In this document: positions 42,576 through 52,340 of the stretch, piece by piece
Numbering within the stretch: position 1 is the stretch's first letter
Layout of the letters: each line of letters starts with the position of its first letter
Assembly (NCBI GenBank): GCA_041690195.1
Contig: JAWLHT010000002.1
Coordinates: 1 to 52,340 of the forward strand
DNA: 52,340 nucleotides
Source of the DNA: Candidatus Latescibacterota bacterium
GTDB lineage: Bacteria; Latescibacterota; Latescibacteria; Latescibacterales; Latescibacteraceae
Reading direction: 5' to 3'
Translations under genes and position numbers: made by a program
The notes under the pieces: generated by a model
Database searches by the model: none
The model's input: the letters and a program-made list of their open reading frames with translations, nothing else
What the model was told of the DNA's origin: nothing

Positions 42576-43598
42576 ATGAACCATCGTATCAACCGTCGCC
42601 GCGCGCTCGCCGGATTCACCGGTGCACTTGCCGCTGCGGCAGCGCCGGTCAGCGCCTTTGCCCAGAACCGGAAAGTGTCGGACAAGTATTCGCCGGAAAA
42701 GGAAGTCCAGCGCCGAAAACTGTATGCGCTTCTCGGCGATCTCCCCGAACGGGGCCGGAAAATCACCGCGAAGCTGATTTCCCGAGACGAATCAGGGCCC
42801 TATATTCTGGAAAAGCTCATGCTCGACCTGAACGGGATTGAACCGGTCCCGGCCTTCTTCGTCCGGCCGAAGAACTCGGTGGGACGTACCCCGGCGGTAC
42901 TTTACAACCACGCTCATTTCGGTGTATACGACATGGGCAAGAACGAGTTCGTCCGGGGCCGCGCCGAAATCCAGACTCCCCCCTGGGCGGAGGAACTGAC
43001 CGGTCACGGTTACTCCGCACTCTGCATCGACGCCTGGGCTTTCGGCGAACGGCGGGGACGGTCCGAGTCGGAGATATTCAAGGAGATGCTCTGGAAGGGG
43101 CGGTCCATGTGGGGGATGATGGTGTATGATGCCATTCGGGCGGTGGATTACCTCGTTTCGCGTCCCGACATAGACCCGGACCGTATTGCAACGATGGGAA
43201 TGTCCATGGGGAGCACCACGGCCTGGTGGCTCGCCGCCCTGGACTCCCGCATCCGGGTCTGCGTGGACATCTGCTGTCTCACCGACTACCAGTCGCTTAT
43301 CGAGGCGGACGGCCTCGATCTGCACGGGATCTACTACTACGTTCCCAATCTGCTCAGCCACTTTACGGCGTCGCAGATCAACGCCCTGATCTCCCCGAGA
43401 CCGCATCTGGGGCTGGCTGGGAAGTACGACCCTCTGACGCCATACCCGGGACTGCTCAGGATAGACACCGACCTCAGGGAAGCGTACCGCCGTGACGGCG
43501 CTCCCGAGGCCTGGAAGCTCAACATTTACGACATCGCCCATTACGAGACCGCCGAAATGCGGGCGGACATTCTTGAATTCCTGGAGATTTGGTTATGA
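42576..43598 (+). CDS. Alpha/beta hydrolase (dienelactone hydrolase/acetylxylan esterase-like), Tat signal
   Basis: INRRRAL, GMSMG nucleophile elbow, AALDSRI, ISPRPHL, D..H catalytic partners. Confidence 0.85.
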   Translation: MNHRINRRRALAGFTGALAAAAAPVSAFAQNRKVSDKYSPEKEVQRRKLYALLGDLPERGRKITAKLISRDESGPYILEKLMLDLNGIEPVPAFFVRPKNSVGRTPAVLYNHAHFGVYDMGKNEFVRGRAEIQTPPWAEELTGHGYSALCIDAWAFGERRGRSESEIFKEMLWKGRSMWGMMVYDAIRAVDYLVSRPDIDPDRIATMGMSMGSTTAWWLAALDSRIRVCVDICCLTDYQSLIEADGLDLHGIYYYVPNLLSHFTASQINALISPRPHLGLAGKYDPLTPYPGLLRIDTDLREAYRRDGAPEAWKLNIYDIAHYETAEMRADILEFLEIWL

Positions 43599-46321
43599 AA
43601 CGCGTCAGCGCGGCCCTGCTTCTGGTCCTGGTCTGCTTTCCATTGATCCGCTGTGCCGGACAGGGCGGTTCGTCCGCGCCGTCCGGGCTGCGGTGCGAGT
43701 TTCGGGTCGATCCCGCCGATATCGAGACGGCCGGTCCGCGCCTGAGCTGGATCATCGAAACGGCGGAGCGCGGCTGGCGTCAGTCCGCGTACCGGGTCCT
43801 TGTCGCCTCCAGCCCGGAAACGCTCGCCGCGGACAGGGGAGACCTCTGGGACAGCGGCCGCGTGGAATCGGATGCCTCGGCCCATGTCCCCTATAACGGC
43901 AGGGAACTCACATCGGGCATCGCCTGTTACTGGAAGGTGCGGGTGTGGGACGCCGGCGGACAGGAGTCACCGTGGAGCGAATCCGCCCGCTGGGAAATGG
44001 GACTGCTCAGCCCGGAGGATTGGATCGCGAAATGGATTGGGCACGCCTCCGAAACGGCGCCTCTTTTCCGGCGTGAGTTTTCCGTTCCGAAGGAGATTGC
44101 CCGGGCCCGGGCCTATATCTGCGGTCTCGGGTACCATGAGCTCTACATCAACGGTAAAAAATCCGGCGACCAGGTGCTCGATCCCGGTCAGACCGATTAT
44201 GAGGAACGGGCCTTCTACGTCGTTCACGATGTAACCGGACTCCTGCGGCGTGGGGAGAACGCGGTCGGGGTGATGCTCGGCGATGGCTGGTACAACCAGC
44301 GGGCGGTGAACGAAGCGAAGTACGGCTGGGGCGACGTGGTCTACGGCGATCCCCGGCTCATCTTCCAGATGCGTGTGGAGTACGCCGACGGTTCTGTGGA
44401 GTGGGTTGTTTCCGACGATCGCTGGATTGCCTCGCCCGGGCCCATACTTTCCAGCAATGTATACGCGGGGGAAACCTATGACGCCCGTCTGGAGCAGCCG
44501 GGATGGTCCGAACCGGGGTTCGCCGGCGGGGGCTGGACTCCCGTGACACTGGTCGAAGCTCCCGGCGGCGTTCTCGAATCGCAGAAGATTCCGCCGGTGA
44601 AGCGGATGGAGACGCTCCAAACCGCGGTGGTGACCAATCCGAAGCCCGGGGTATACGTCTTCGATATGGGCCGCAACTTCGCCGGGTGGGTTCGGCTCAA
44701 CGTGCAGGCCCCTGCCGGGACGATCATCTCCATGCGGTTCGCCGAAACGCTGGCTCCGGACGGTATGGTGGACATGGGCAGCACCGGGGTCGGGGCGACT
44801 CACGTGGAGCAGACCGATACCTATATCTGCAGGGGCGGGGGATTGGAGATATGGGAACCCCGGTTCACCTATCACGGCTTCCGGTATGTGGAAATGACCG
44901 GATATCCCGGCCAGCCCGCGCCGGACATGCTGGAGGGGATCGTGGTGTACACCGCCGTGGAACCCGCCGGAACGTTCACCTGCTCCGATCCCATGCTGAA
45001 CCGGATTCACCAAACCGCCATTCATACACTCACCAGCAATCTCCACAGCGTGCCCACCGACTGCCCGGCCCGTGAGAAGTGCGGCTGGCTCGGAGACGCC
45101 CATGTCATGGCGGAGATGAGCATCTTCAATTTCGACATGCCGGTTTTCTGGTCCAAGTATGTCATGGATATAGAAACCAACCGGCGGAGCCGCGGCGGCA
45201 TCGTGGAGGACATCGCCCCGGGACGCCGTCAGGAGCCCGGGACCCATCCCGACTGGGGCAGCGCCTTCATCCAGATCCCGTGGTACCTCTACCTCTATTA
45301 CGGCGATACGGAGGTGATCCGGGAGCACTATGAAGGAATGCAGGAATTTCTCGCCCATGTGGAGGGGCTCGCCAAGGAATACATCGTTTCTGAAGGCTAC
45401 GGCGACTGGTGTCCGCCCGGCGGGGCCCGTCCCACCGAAACCCCGGTAGCGCTCACTTCAACCGCCTACTTCTATTTCGACACGGTCATCATGGCTCGTG
45501 CCGCCGAACTCCTCGGCAAGCCCGAAGACGCCGCCCGATTCCGTGATCTGGCGGGGAAAATCCGGGAGGCGTTCATCAGCCGGTTCTACGACCCGGCGGA
45601 GAAAACCTTCGGAAGCCAGACCGCGGACGCCTTCGCCCTCTATCTCGGACTTGAACCGGAGGGCGCCGCGGAAGACGTGGCCGCCAGTCTCGCGGACAAC
45701 GTGGTCCGGGTCAAGGGCGGTCATTTCGCCACCGGTGTCACCGGGAGTCTCCACCTTTACCGGGAACTGAGCGGATACGGCTATGACGACGCCGCGCTGG
45801 GGATTTTCCGCAAAACGGATTACCCGAGCATCAACAACCTGTTCTCCCTCGGTGCGACAACCCTCTGGGAGAAATGGGAGAAGAGCTACGGGTCCCTCAA
45901 CCATCCCATGCAGGGCGGGTTCGACGTTTGGTTCTTCGACGGCATCGGCGGGATCAAACCTGACCCGGAATCGCCGGGTTTCAGGCATTCCGTGTTCCGG
46001 CCCCTCGTGGCGGACGGTCTCGAATCGGCGGAGGTCACTCACCGCTCTCCCTACGGTGTCCTGTCCAGCGCCTGGACGAACAAAAACAGGGTCTTCACCT
46101 GGAAAATCCGGGTCCCCGCCAACACCACGGCCACCGTGCACGTCCCCGCGGCCGATCCTTCCTCGGTCACCGAGGGAGGCAAGCCAGTCTCCAAAGCGGA
46201 GGGGATCACGGTGAAGGGTCCGGACCGGGGCTGCCTCGTCCTGGAGGCTGGTTCGGGGACGTATACTTTCGAATCCCGGGTTGACCCGGATGCCTGGAGA
46301 AAGGCACAGGGGAGGAAGTGA
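43595..46321 (+). CDS. GH78 family glycoside hydrolase (alpha-L-rhamnosidase-like)
   Basis: [42 protein letters not shown]; ATGA overlap with the hydrolase. Confidence 0.93.
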   Translation: MKRVSAALLLVLVCFPLIRCAGQGGSSAPSGLRCEFRVDPADIETAGPRLSWIIETAERGWRQSAYRVLVASSPETLAADRGDLWDSGRVESDASAHVPYNGRELTSGIACYWKVRVWDAGGQESPWSESARWEMGLLSPEDWIAKWIGHASETAPLFRREFSVPKEIARARAYICGLGYHELYINGKKSGDQVLDPGQTDYEERAFYVVHDVTGLLRRGENAVGVMLGDGWYNQRAVNEAKYGWGDVVYGDPRLIFQMRVEYADGSVEWVVSDDRWIASPGPILSSNVYAGETYDARLEQPGWSEPGFAGGGWTPVTLVEAPGGVLESQKIPPVKRMETLQTAVVTNPKPGVYVFDMGRNFAGWVRLNVQAPAGTIISMRFAETLAPDGMVDMGSTGVGATHVEQTDTYICRGGGLEIWEPRFTYHGFRYVEMTGYPGQPAPDMLEGIVVYTAVEPAGTFTCSDPMLNRIHQTAIHTLTSNLHSVPTDCPAREKCGWLGDAHVMAEMSIFNFDMPVFWSKYVMDIETNRRSRGGIVEDIAPGRRQEPGTHPDWGSAFIQIPWYLYLYYGDTEVIREHYEGMQEFLAHVEGLAKEYIVSEGYGDWCPPGGARPTETPVALTSTAYFYFDTVIMARAAELLGKPEDAARFRDLAGKIREAFISRFYDPAEKTFGSQTADAFALYLGLEPEGAAEDVAASLADNVVRVKGGHFATGVTGSLHLYRELSGYGYDDAALGIFRKTDYPSINNLFSLGATTLWEKWEKSYGSLNHPMQGGFDVWFFDGIGGIKPDPESPGFRHSVFRPLVADGLESAEVTHRSPYGVLSSAWTNKNRVFTWKIRVPANTTATVHVPAADPSSVTEGGKPVSKAEGITVKGPDRGCLVLEAGSGTYTFESRVDPDAWRKAQGRK

Positions 46322-46472
46322 GGACACAATAAACACCCTTGGATATAAGATAGGTCTGAACCGTGATGCGAAATTGGGCTGGGCGACCGTAAATTACGGT
46401 ACACGGCATATGTCAAGTTATCGTAGGGATTCCATATAATACTCAGACAATTTCTTTTCCAAAGGAGAAGTG

Positions 46473-47822
46473 ATGGGTAGCGAAAACACACTGTCCCGCC
46501 GCGAGTTCATCGGGCGGGGAGCGACCGCGGCGGCGGGAGCGGCTATCCTGGGGGCGGCGGCCCCCGGACGCGTGCTCGGAGCCAACGACCGTATCAACAT
46601 CGCGGTGATCGGCATCCGCAGCCGGGGCAGGGAGCATTACGAAGAATGGATGAAAATCCCGAACGTGAATGTCCACACGGTTTGTGATGCGGATGAGAAC
46701 CTGCTGCCCAAAGCGGTGGGAGAGGTGGAAAAGGTCCAGGGACGGAAGCCGAAGATCGAGTACGACATTCGGAAGGTTCTGGAGAACAAGGATATCGACG
46801 CCGTCTCCATCGCCACGCCGGACCACTGGCACGCCCTGGCCTCGATCTGGGCCTGCCAGGCCGGGAAGCATGTCTATGTCGAGAAACCCGTTTCCCACAA
46901 CATATGGGAAGGCCGCAAAACCGTTGACGCCGCCCGCCGCTATAACCGCATTGTCGCGGCCGGGATGCAGAACCGGAGCATCACCGGTGTCCGCGCCGCC
47001 ATGCAGTTCCTCCACGAGGGAAAGCTGGGCGATGTTTACATGGCCAAGGGGCTGTGCTTCAAACCCCGGGACACCATCGGCCACAAGGTGGACGCCCCCG
47101 TGCCGCCGGGAGTGCATTACGATCTCTGGCTGGGTCCGGCTCCCTACCGTCCCTTCAACCCCAACCGGTTCCACTACAACTGGCACTGGTTCTGGGATTA
47201 CGGGTGCTCGGACATGGGCAATCAGGGGCCGCACCAGATGGATATCGCCCGATGGGGCATGAACAAATCGGTCCACCCGAAGAAAATCTACTGCGCCGGG
47301 GGGTATTTCGCCTTCGATTCCGACCAGGAATCCCCCAACACCCAGATCGCCACGTTCGAGTATGACGATGGCAAGATCATTCAGTTCGAGGTGCGCGGAC
47401 TCTATACCAACGCCGAGGACGGCATCCTGATCGGCAATCTTTTCTTCGGCTCCCTGGGCTGGATGCACCTCAACGGCAACGAGTGGAGGACCTACTTCGG
47501 CCGCAAGAACACCCCGGGACCCTACTTCTCCAACTCCAAGGAGAAGGCCGCCGACCCCATGAACCTGGCCGGAGCCGGAGGCGCGGGGCATTTCGGGAAC
47601 TTCATCGAGGCGCTCCGGTCCAATGACGGGATGAAACTGAACGCCGACATCATCGAAGGCCACATGTCTACCGCCATGTGCCACCTGGGCAACATCTCCA
47701 ACCGCTTGGGCCGTCAGCTCATCTTCGATTCCAACGCCGAGCGGTTCGAGGGCGACGAGATCGCTGACACTTACCTGACCCGGAACTACCGCCATCCCTA
47801 TGTCGTTCCGGAGGATATCTGA
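46473..47822 (+). CDS. Gfo/Idh/MocA oxidoreductase, Tat signal
   Basis: SRREFI, ATPDHWH, VYVEKP, FHYNWHWFWDYG, NQGPHQMD. Confidence 0.94.
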   Translation: MGSENTLSRREFIGRGATAAAGAAILGAAAPGRVLGANDRINIAVIGIRSRGREHYEEWMKIPNVNVHTVCDADENLLPKAVGEVEKVQGRKPKIEYDIRKVLENKDIDAVSIATPDHWHALASIWACQAGKHVYVEKPVSHNIWEGRKTVDAARRYNRIVAAGMQNRSITGVRAAMQFLHEGKLGDVYMAKGLCFKPRDTIGHKVDAPVPPGVHYDLWLGPAPYRPFNPNRFHYNWHWFWDYGCSDMGNQGPHQMDIARWGMNKSVHPKKIYCAGGYFAFDSDQESPNTQIATFEYDDGKIIQFEVRGLYTNAEDGILIGNLFFGSLGWMHLNGNEWRTYFGRKNTPGPYFSNSKEKAADPMNLAGAGGAGHFGNFIEALRSNDGMKLNADIIEGHMSTAMCHLGNISNRLGRQLIFDSNAERFEGDEIADTYLTRNYRHPYVVPEDI

Positions 47823-48019
47823 CCGCGTGTTGAAAAAGAGTCCGTTATGCACGGCGGCGGAGAATGTGGATAACGGATTCATCTGATTAGTATGCTAAAT
47901 ATTGGACGCGTCCGGCATGTCGCCATACAAGATGTGTTCGCGGCAGTCAACCTCATTATGGACCGGAGCCGTGCCACGGTTCCGGTTCTGAGACGCATAC
48001 CTGAAAGGAAGAGAAAAAT

Positions 48020-48865
48020 ATGCGGGAATCGACCAGGAGAGGATTTCTCCGCGGCGCGGGAGCGGCCGCGGTCGCGTTGGGAGGGTTGGGCGCGACGGAA
48101 ACAGCGAATGCGGCAACGAAGCTCGCCCCGTTCACGCTGGGCATGGCGTCCTATACATTCCGCGAGTTCAGTCGTGATGAGACGGTGGCCATGACGAAGC
48201 GCATGGGGCTGACCCGCATCGCTTTCAAGGATTTCCACCTGCCGCTGGATGTGCCGCTGGATGTCGTCCGGACCGCCGGGGAAGCGACCCGCGCCGCCGG
48301 ACTCGATCTGTACGGGTGCGGTGTGGTGTACATGCGGGATGAAAACCAGGTGAACCAGGCGTTCGACTATGCCCGCGCCGCCGGGATGCGAATGATCATC
48401 GGCGTTCCCGCGCACGACCTGCTCCCGCTGGTGGAACGGAAGGTGAAGGAAACGGGAATCTCGGTGGCCATCCACAATCATGGTCCGGGAGACAAGGTCT
48501 ATCCCAGCCCCCAAAGCGCGTACGACCGTATCAGGGATCTCGATCCGCGCATCGGCCTCTGCGTCGATATCGGCCATACCGCCCGTCTCGGGGAAAACCC
48601 GGCCGAGGAGTTCAAAAAGCTCCGGAAACGGGTCCTCGACATTCATATCAAAGATGTTTCCGCCGCCACCGCCCAGGGGAGCACCGTGGAGATTGGCCGC
48701 GGGGTAATCGACATCCCGGAATTCCTCCGCACTGTGGTGAAGTACAAATACTCCGGGACCATGTCCCTGGAATACGAAAAGGACGGGAACGACCCGCTGC
48801 CCGGCTCGGCGGAGTCCATTGGGTATATCCGGGGCCTGCTCGCGGGCATGGGGATCAGTGCGTAG
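48020..48865 (+). CDS. Xylose-isomerase-like TIM-barrel protein, Tat signal
   Basis: TRRGFL, AIHNHGP, DIGH, HIKD, LEYE. Confidence 0.9.
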   Translation: MRESTRRGFLRGAGAAAVALGGLGATETANAATKLAPFTLGMASYTFREFSRDETVAMTKRMGLTRIAFKDFHLPLDVPLDVVRTAGEATRAAGLDLYGCGVVYMRDENQVNQAFDYARAAGMRMIIGVPAHDLLPLVERKVKETGISVAIHNHGPGDKVYPSPQSAYDRIRDLDPRIGLCVDIGHTARLGENPAEEFKKLRKRVLDIHIKDVSAATAQGSTVEIGRGVIDIPEFLRTVVKYKYSGTMSLEYEKDGNDPLPGSAESIGYIRGLLAGMGISA

Positions 48866-49057
48866 GGGGATGGCGTATTACGTTCCGAAAGAATAACTCG
48901 TTATTCCTGCACTCCGGCCCTGTTCCCCAGGGCTGGATATCCCGCTCCCCGCGAAAGCGCGGGAAAATCGGGACAGTGGCAAAACAACAGGCGGCGGGGG
49001 AATCTTCGCCCAACCGGACAAAACCGGTATCACGTTTCCCTTATCGAGGATCATTCC

Positions 49058-50218
49058 ATGCGTAACCGGGCTTTCACGCTCTTCCTTTTTGCCGTGTGTC
49101 TCACGGCACTGGAGGTTCATACCCTTCCCGTTTCCGCCCAGTCGCCGGGGCCGGGGTTCGTTCCGCTCTTCAACGGCCGGGATTTCACCGGGTGGGAAAT
49201 CACTCCCGACTACGGTTCCTGGGTGGTGGAGGAGGGGGAAATCCGCTGCAAGGGGAAACCCTATCAGCCCTATCTTATCCGGACGGTGAAGGAGTACGAG
49301 AATTTCGAGTTCTACGCCGATTTCAAATTCGGCAAGGGGTGCAACTCGGGTATCTTTTTCCATGTCCGCCAACTCGGACGGGAGTCCCGCATCGGGTTCG
49401 AAACCCAGATCCTCGATGATGCCGGAACGCCGCCCGACAAGACATCGAGCGGTTCACTCTACGATGTGTTCGCGCCGAAGGAAAACGCCATGAAACCGGC
49501 CGGGGAATGGAACCGGTACCACATCGTTTTTGACTGGCCGCGCTGCAAGGTGTGGCTGAACGACGTGCTCGTCCAGGATGTGGACTGCACCTCGGACCCG
49601 GTATTCAAATACCGGCTGCGCAGGGGCATCATCGGACTTTCCAACCACGGCAGTCCCATCGCGTATAAAAATGTCTGGATCAAGGAACTCCCGGACAAGG
49701 AGCGCTGGACCAGCCTGTTCAACGGCCGCGATCTCTCCGGCTGGAAGAAAATCGGGAACGCGGTCTGGGAAGTGCGGGACGGCTTGATCGTGGCCTCCGG
49801 CGGCGAGGGCTGGCTGGTGACCGACGGGGAATTCGAGCATTTCCAGTTTCAGGCGGTGGCGGAGAACGACACCCTGCAGGAACGCGGCGGCGCATTCTGG
49901 TTCCGTTTCAAGAACCCGGAGGACCCGGGGTATTCAGCGGAATTTTTCGATTTCAAGGAAGCGGTCCGCACCACGAAGCAGTATGGTAAGAATGTCCCGG
50001 AAAAAGTGATCCCGGCCTGGAAAAACCGCTGGCTCCTCTACCAGATCATGTCCGCCGACCGTGAATCGGAGGTCAGAACCGGCGGCTACATCACCGCGAA
50101 GAACTATCTCCAGAACACGGTGCGGCCCGGACGTATCGCCATCCATCACAGCCCGGAGGACGGCGTCATCCGTTTCAGGGACCTGCGCATCCAGGAGCTG
50201 GAAGGCAAGGGGCTTTAG
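49058..50218 (+). CDS. Tandem DUF1080 (3-keto-disaccharide hydrolase-like) secreted protein
   Basis: Signal peptide; LFNGRDFTGW and LFNGRDLSGW domain starts; NSGIFF, ETQILD, GEWN. Confidence 0.9.
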   Translation: MRNRAFTLFLFAVCLTALEVHTLPVSAQSPGPGFVPLFNGRDFTGWEITPDYGSWVVEEGEIRCKGKPYQPYLIRTVKEYENFEFYADFKFGKGCNSGIFFHVRQLGRESRIGFETQILDDAGTPPDKTSSGSLYDVFAPKENAMKPAGEWNRYHIVFDWPRCKVWLNDVLVQDVDCTSDPVFKYRLRRGIIGLSNHGSPIAYKNVWIKELPDKERWTSLFNGRDLSGWKKIGNAVWEVRDGLIVASGGEGWLVTDGEFEHFQFQAVAENDTLQERGGAFWFRFKNPEDPGYSAEFFDFKEAVRTTKQYGKNVPEKVIPAWKNRWLLYQIMSADRESEVRTGGYITAKNYLQNTVRPGRIAIHHSPEDGVIRFRDLRIQELEGKGL

Positions 50219-50450
50219 CAGTGGGATGTAAAATATCCGGTTAGACGGGATGAACGGCAGACACAGGCATGCCGGTCTTTGCTCCCGTTAATCCTGTCCG
50301 CTCCCGAACATCCCCATTCAGGACGGTGTTTCGTCACTCGATTTATTATGGGTATTGACTCAATTGTACCCGTGTTCAAGCTACCCGGGTAAGCGATTTG
50401 ATTTTCCATCGGTACGGATCTCGGGGATGTGTTCCCCTCCCGGCCGAACC

Positions 50451-50647
50451 GGACCTCACCCCTTGATCCCCTCTCCTGGAAGGAGAGGGGCGCGATACGG
50501 GCGTGGGAGAGGCTTTCGCGGAGGGTTGCCGATACCGACGTGGGGTAAGCATCGGACTCTGATAACCCGCACGATATGTTTTCACATCTACCCGCGCCGG
50601 GAACGGACCCCTCTCCTCTCAGGAGAGGGGATCAAGGGGTGAGGTCC
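50451..50647. mobile_element. 197-bp MITE-like element with perfect 28-bp terminal inverted repeats
   Basis: GGACCTCACCCCTTGATCCCCTCTCCTG (50451-50478) and its exact reverse complement (50620-50647); mobility is inferred. Confidence 0.7.
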
Positions 50648-50780
50648 CCTCCCGATGGGGAGACCTCTTTCCCAAACTCCACACGGGGCATCGGTACAAT
50701 TGAGCCTACACCCTTTATTATTAACCGAGTCTCCGCGAAAAACATATTTCCGTTATTCTCCCGTATCCCGGAGGTGTCCC

Positions 50781-52172
50781 ATGTCCAGATTTCCGGTTCG
50801 CGCCGTACTTTCGACCCTGATATGCGCTCTGGCCTTTACTGTTGCCGCTCCGGCGCAAGAAGCGAAAAAACCGCGTCACGCTCCTGACGCGCTCCCCGGG
50901 GTTGAATCGGCGATGCTCTCTGCAGATTACTGGGTAGCGCTCCATCCGGATGCCGACATGGTCATCATGACTCCCGATGAAATCGCGCGTTTCAACGCCC
51001 GGAACCGATCCAAGACCGGCCGTGCTGAACGACTCGGAGGGCCGCTTTTCAACCCCATCCTTCCGCTGGAACGCCCGGACTCCATGCCCGGGGACAGCCT
51101 CCGGACCCGGCTCGAGCATAACCGAAGCCAGCTTTTCGATCCTGATCCGATGTACGGTTCCACCGACTTCTACGACGGGCGTCTCGCCATCTGGAACGAG
51201 CGGATGAAGGATGAACTCGCCGCGAAGATGAATATCGGCGCCATTCCGAAAACCATTACCCGTCGGTTCGGTCTGGTGGTCAACCACTCCGGGGTACGGG
51301 AGTATCCCACCGCGGTACCGGGGTATCATGACACGAAAGTCATGCTGGACAGGTTTCAGATTACAGACCTGAACCTGGGATACCCGGTAGCGGTTCTGCA
51401 CGAATCCCGGGACGGTGATTTCCTTTTCGTGGAAACCCCCCTATCGCTGGGCTGGGTGCCCGCCGGAGATGTCGCTCTCGGAACACGGGAATCGGTGCGG
51501 AAGCTTGCCGAAAGCCGGGATTTCCTTGTCGGAATCGGCGACACTTTGCCGGTGTACGGCGATCCGGGATTCCGGAATTTCGCCCGGTTCCTGTATATGT
51601 CCGAGACCATGCCGCTGGTGCGGAGAACCGGAAAGGGATACACGGTGCGGATGGGTTACCGGAAGCCGGACGGTTCTCTCGGGACGGCGGAGGGGTATCT
51701 CCGGCCGGATGCCGATGTGCACGTGGGCTGGATGCCCTATACGAAGCGGACCGTGCTCACCCGGATGTTCAAGCTCCTGAACACACCCTACGGCTGGCAC
51801 GGACAGGACAACAAACGGGACTGCGTGGGAACGCTGCGGGTGGTGTTCCGGTGCGCGGGAATCGAGACAGGGCGCTCCATCAGCATGGCCTCTGAAAGCC
51901 GCATCCCCATGGACCCGAAACTCGGCGTCGATGAGAAGCTCACCCGTCTGGCCGGAATCGAACCGGTGATCACGGTTGCCTCCAACCCCGGCCATGTCGC
52001 CTTGTATCTGGGAAAGGGACGAAACGGGAAAATGTACTTCATGCACCAGGGCGGATGGGGGTATCCGGACGAGAACGGCGAACCTCTCATCGTGAACCGG
52101 GTTTCCATCAATGACGTGGAGCACCGGTGGTTCCCCGTCGGCCAGCCCGACCTGTACACCGTGATGAAATGA
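50781..52172 (+). CDS. Secreted NlpC/P60 peptidoglycan peptidase with SH3-like domains (YkfC-like)
   Basis: GGAGGT ribosome-binding site, signal peptide, PYGW..RDC, GHVALYLG, MHQ catalytic triad pattern. Confidence 0.88.
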   Translation: MSRFPVRAVLSTLICALAFTVAAPAQEAKKPRHAPDALPGVESAMLSADYWVALHPDADMVIMTPDEIARFNARNRSKTGRAERLGGPLFNPILPLERPDSMPGDSLRTRLEHNRSQLFDPDPMYGSTDFYDGRLAIWNERMKDELAAKMNIGAIPKTITRRFGLVVNHSGVREYPTAVPGYHDTKVMLDRFQITDLNLGYPVAVLHESRDGDFLFVETPLSLGWVPAGDVALGTRESVRKLAESRDFLVGIGDTLPVYGDPGFRNFARFLYMSETMPLVRRTGKGYTVRMGYRKPDGSLGTAEGYLRPDADVHVGWMPYTKRTVLTRMFKLLNTPYGWHGQDNKRDCVGTLRVVFRCAGIETGRSISMASESRIPMDPKLGVDEKLTRLAGIEPVITVASNPGHVALYLGKGRNGKMYFMHQGGWGYPDENGEPLIVNRVSINDVEHRWFPVGQPDLYTVMK

Positions 52173-52340
52173 AGCCGTCCGATCCGGATTATAGCGAAGC
52201 ACTTCGCATCTGGATCAACACCGGTCCGCACAACAGAGAAGCGGGGGGGGGGGGTTTGGCCACCCTATAATTAAAAAAAATACTTTTTTGGTTTTTTAAT
52301 TGAAATAATTTAATAAACAAAATTTTGACCCACGAGCCGG

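Noticed and set aside
52241-52340. G12 run followed by a very AT-rich low-complexity tail
   Set aside because: Abrupt composition change at the window end; most likely low-quality contig-end sequence rather than a phase-variation tract.

Overview
Chromosomal replication-origin region of a GC-rich diderm bacterium. The gene repertoire tentatively suggests an FCB-group or Latescibacterota-like lineage; this is inference and was not tested. Left arm, mostly minus strand: ligA, DUF4416, a FAD-oxidoreductase lipoprotein coupled to an NDP-sugar epimerase, HD-GYP, a tandem-SIS Tat lipoprotein, a THUMP-like methyltransferase, and a thrB-less hom-thrC-(two microproteins)-apgM-lysC-asd cluster. Next come gyrA, a decayed toxin-antitoxin insert, gyrB, dciA, dnaN, a readable oriC (phased DnaA boxes, DnaA-trios, GC-skew flip) and dnaA. 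Upstream of dnaA lie tRNA-Phe, tRNA-Lys, a corrinoid protein, DUF89, a cNMP-binding/AI-2E pair and YtxJ. These are followed by an rpmH-rnpA-yidD-yidC-mnmE-rsmG-rsmI-tmk block that is inverted relative to the canonical layout, lacks mnmG and parAB, and carries two perfect parS sites and a second DnaA-box cluster. The right arm is a plus-strand, largely Tat-exported glycoside-catabolism cluster (2 Gfo/Idh/MocA, 2 TIM-barrel, DUF1080, GH78, esterase) followed by an NlpC/P60 peptidase. Intergenic DNA carries several families of dispersed palindromic elements. No CRISPR array, rRNA or transposase was seen. Best novelty candidates: the structured dispersed repeat family, the twin membrane microproteins in the thr cluster, and the two-cluster origin domain.
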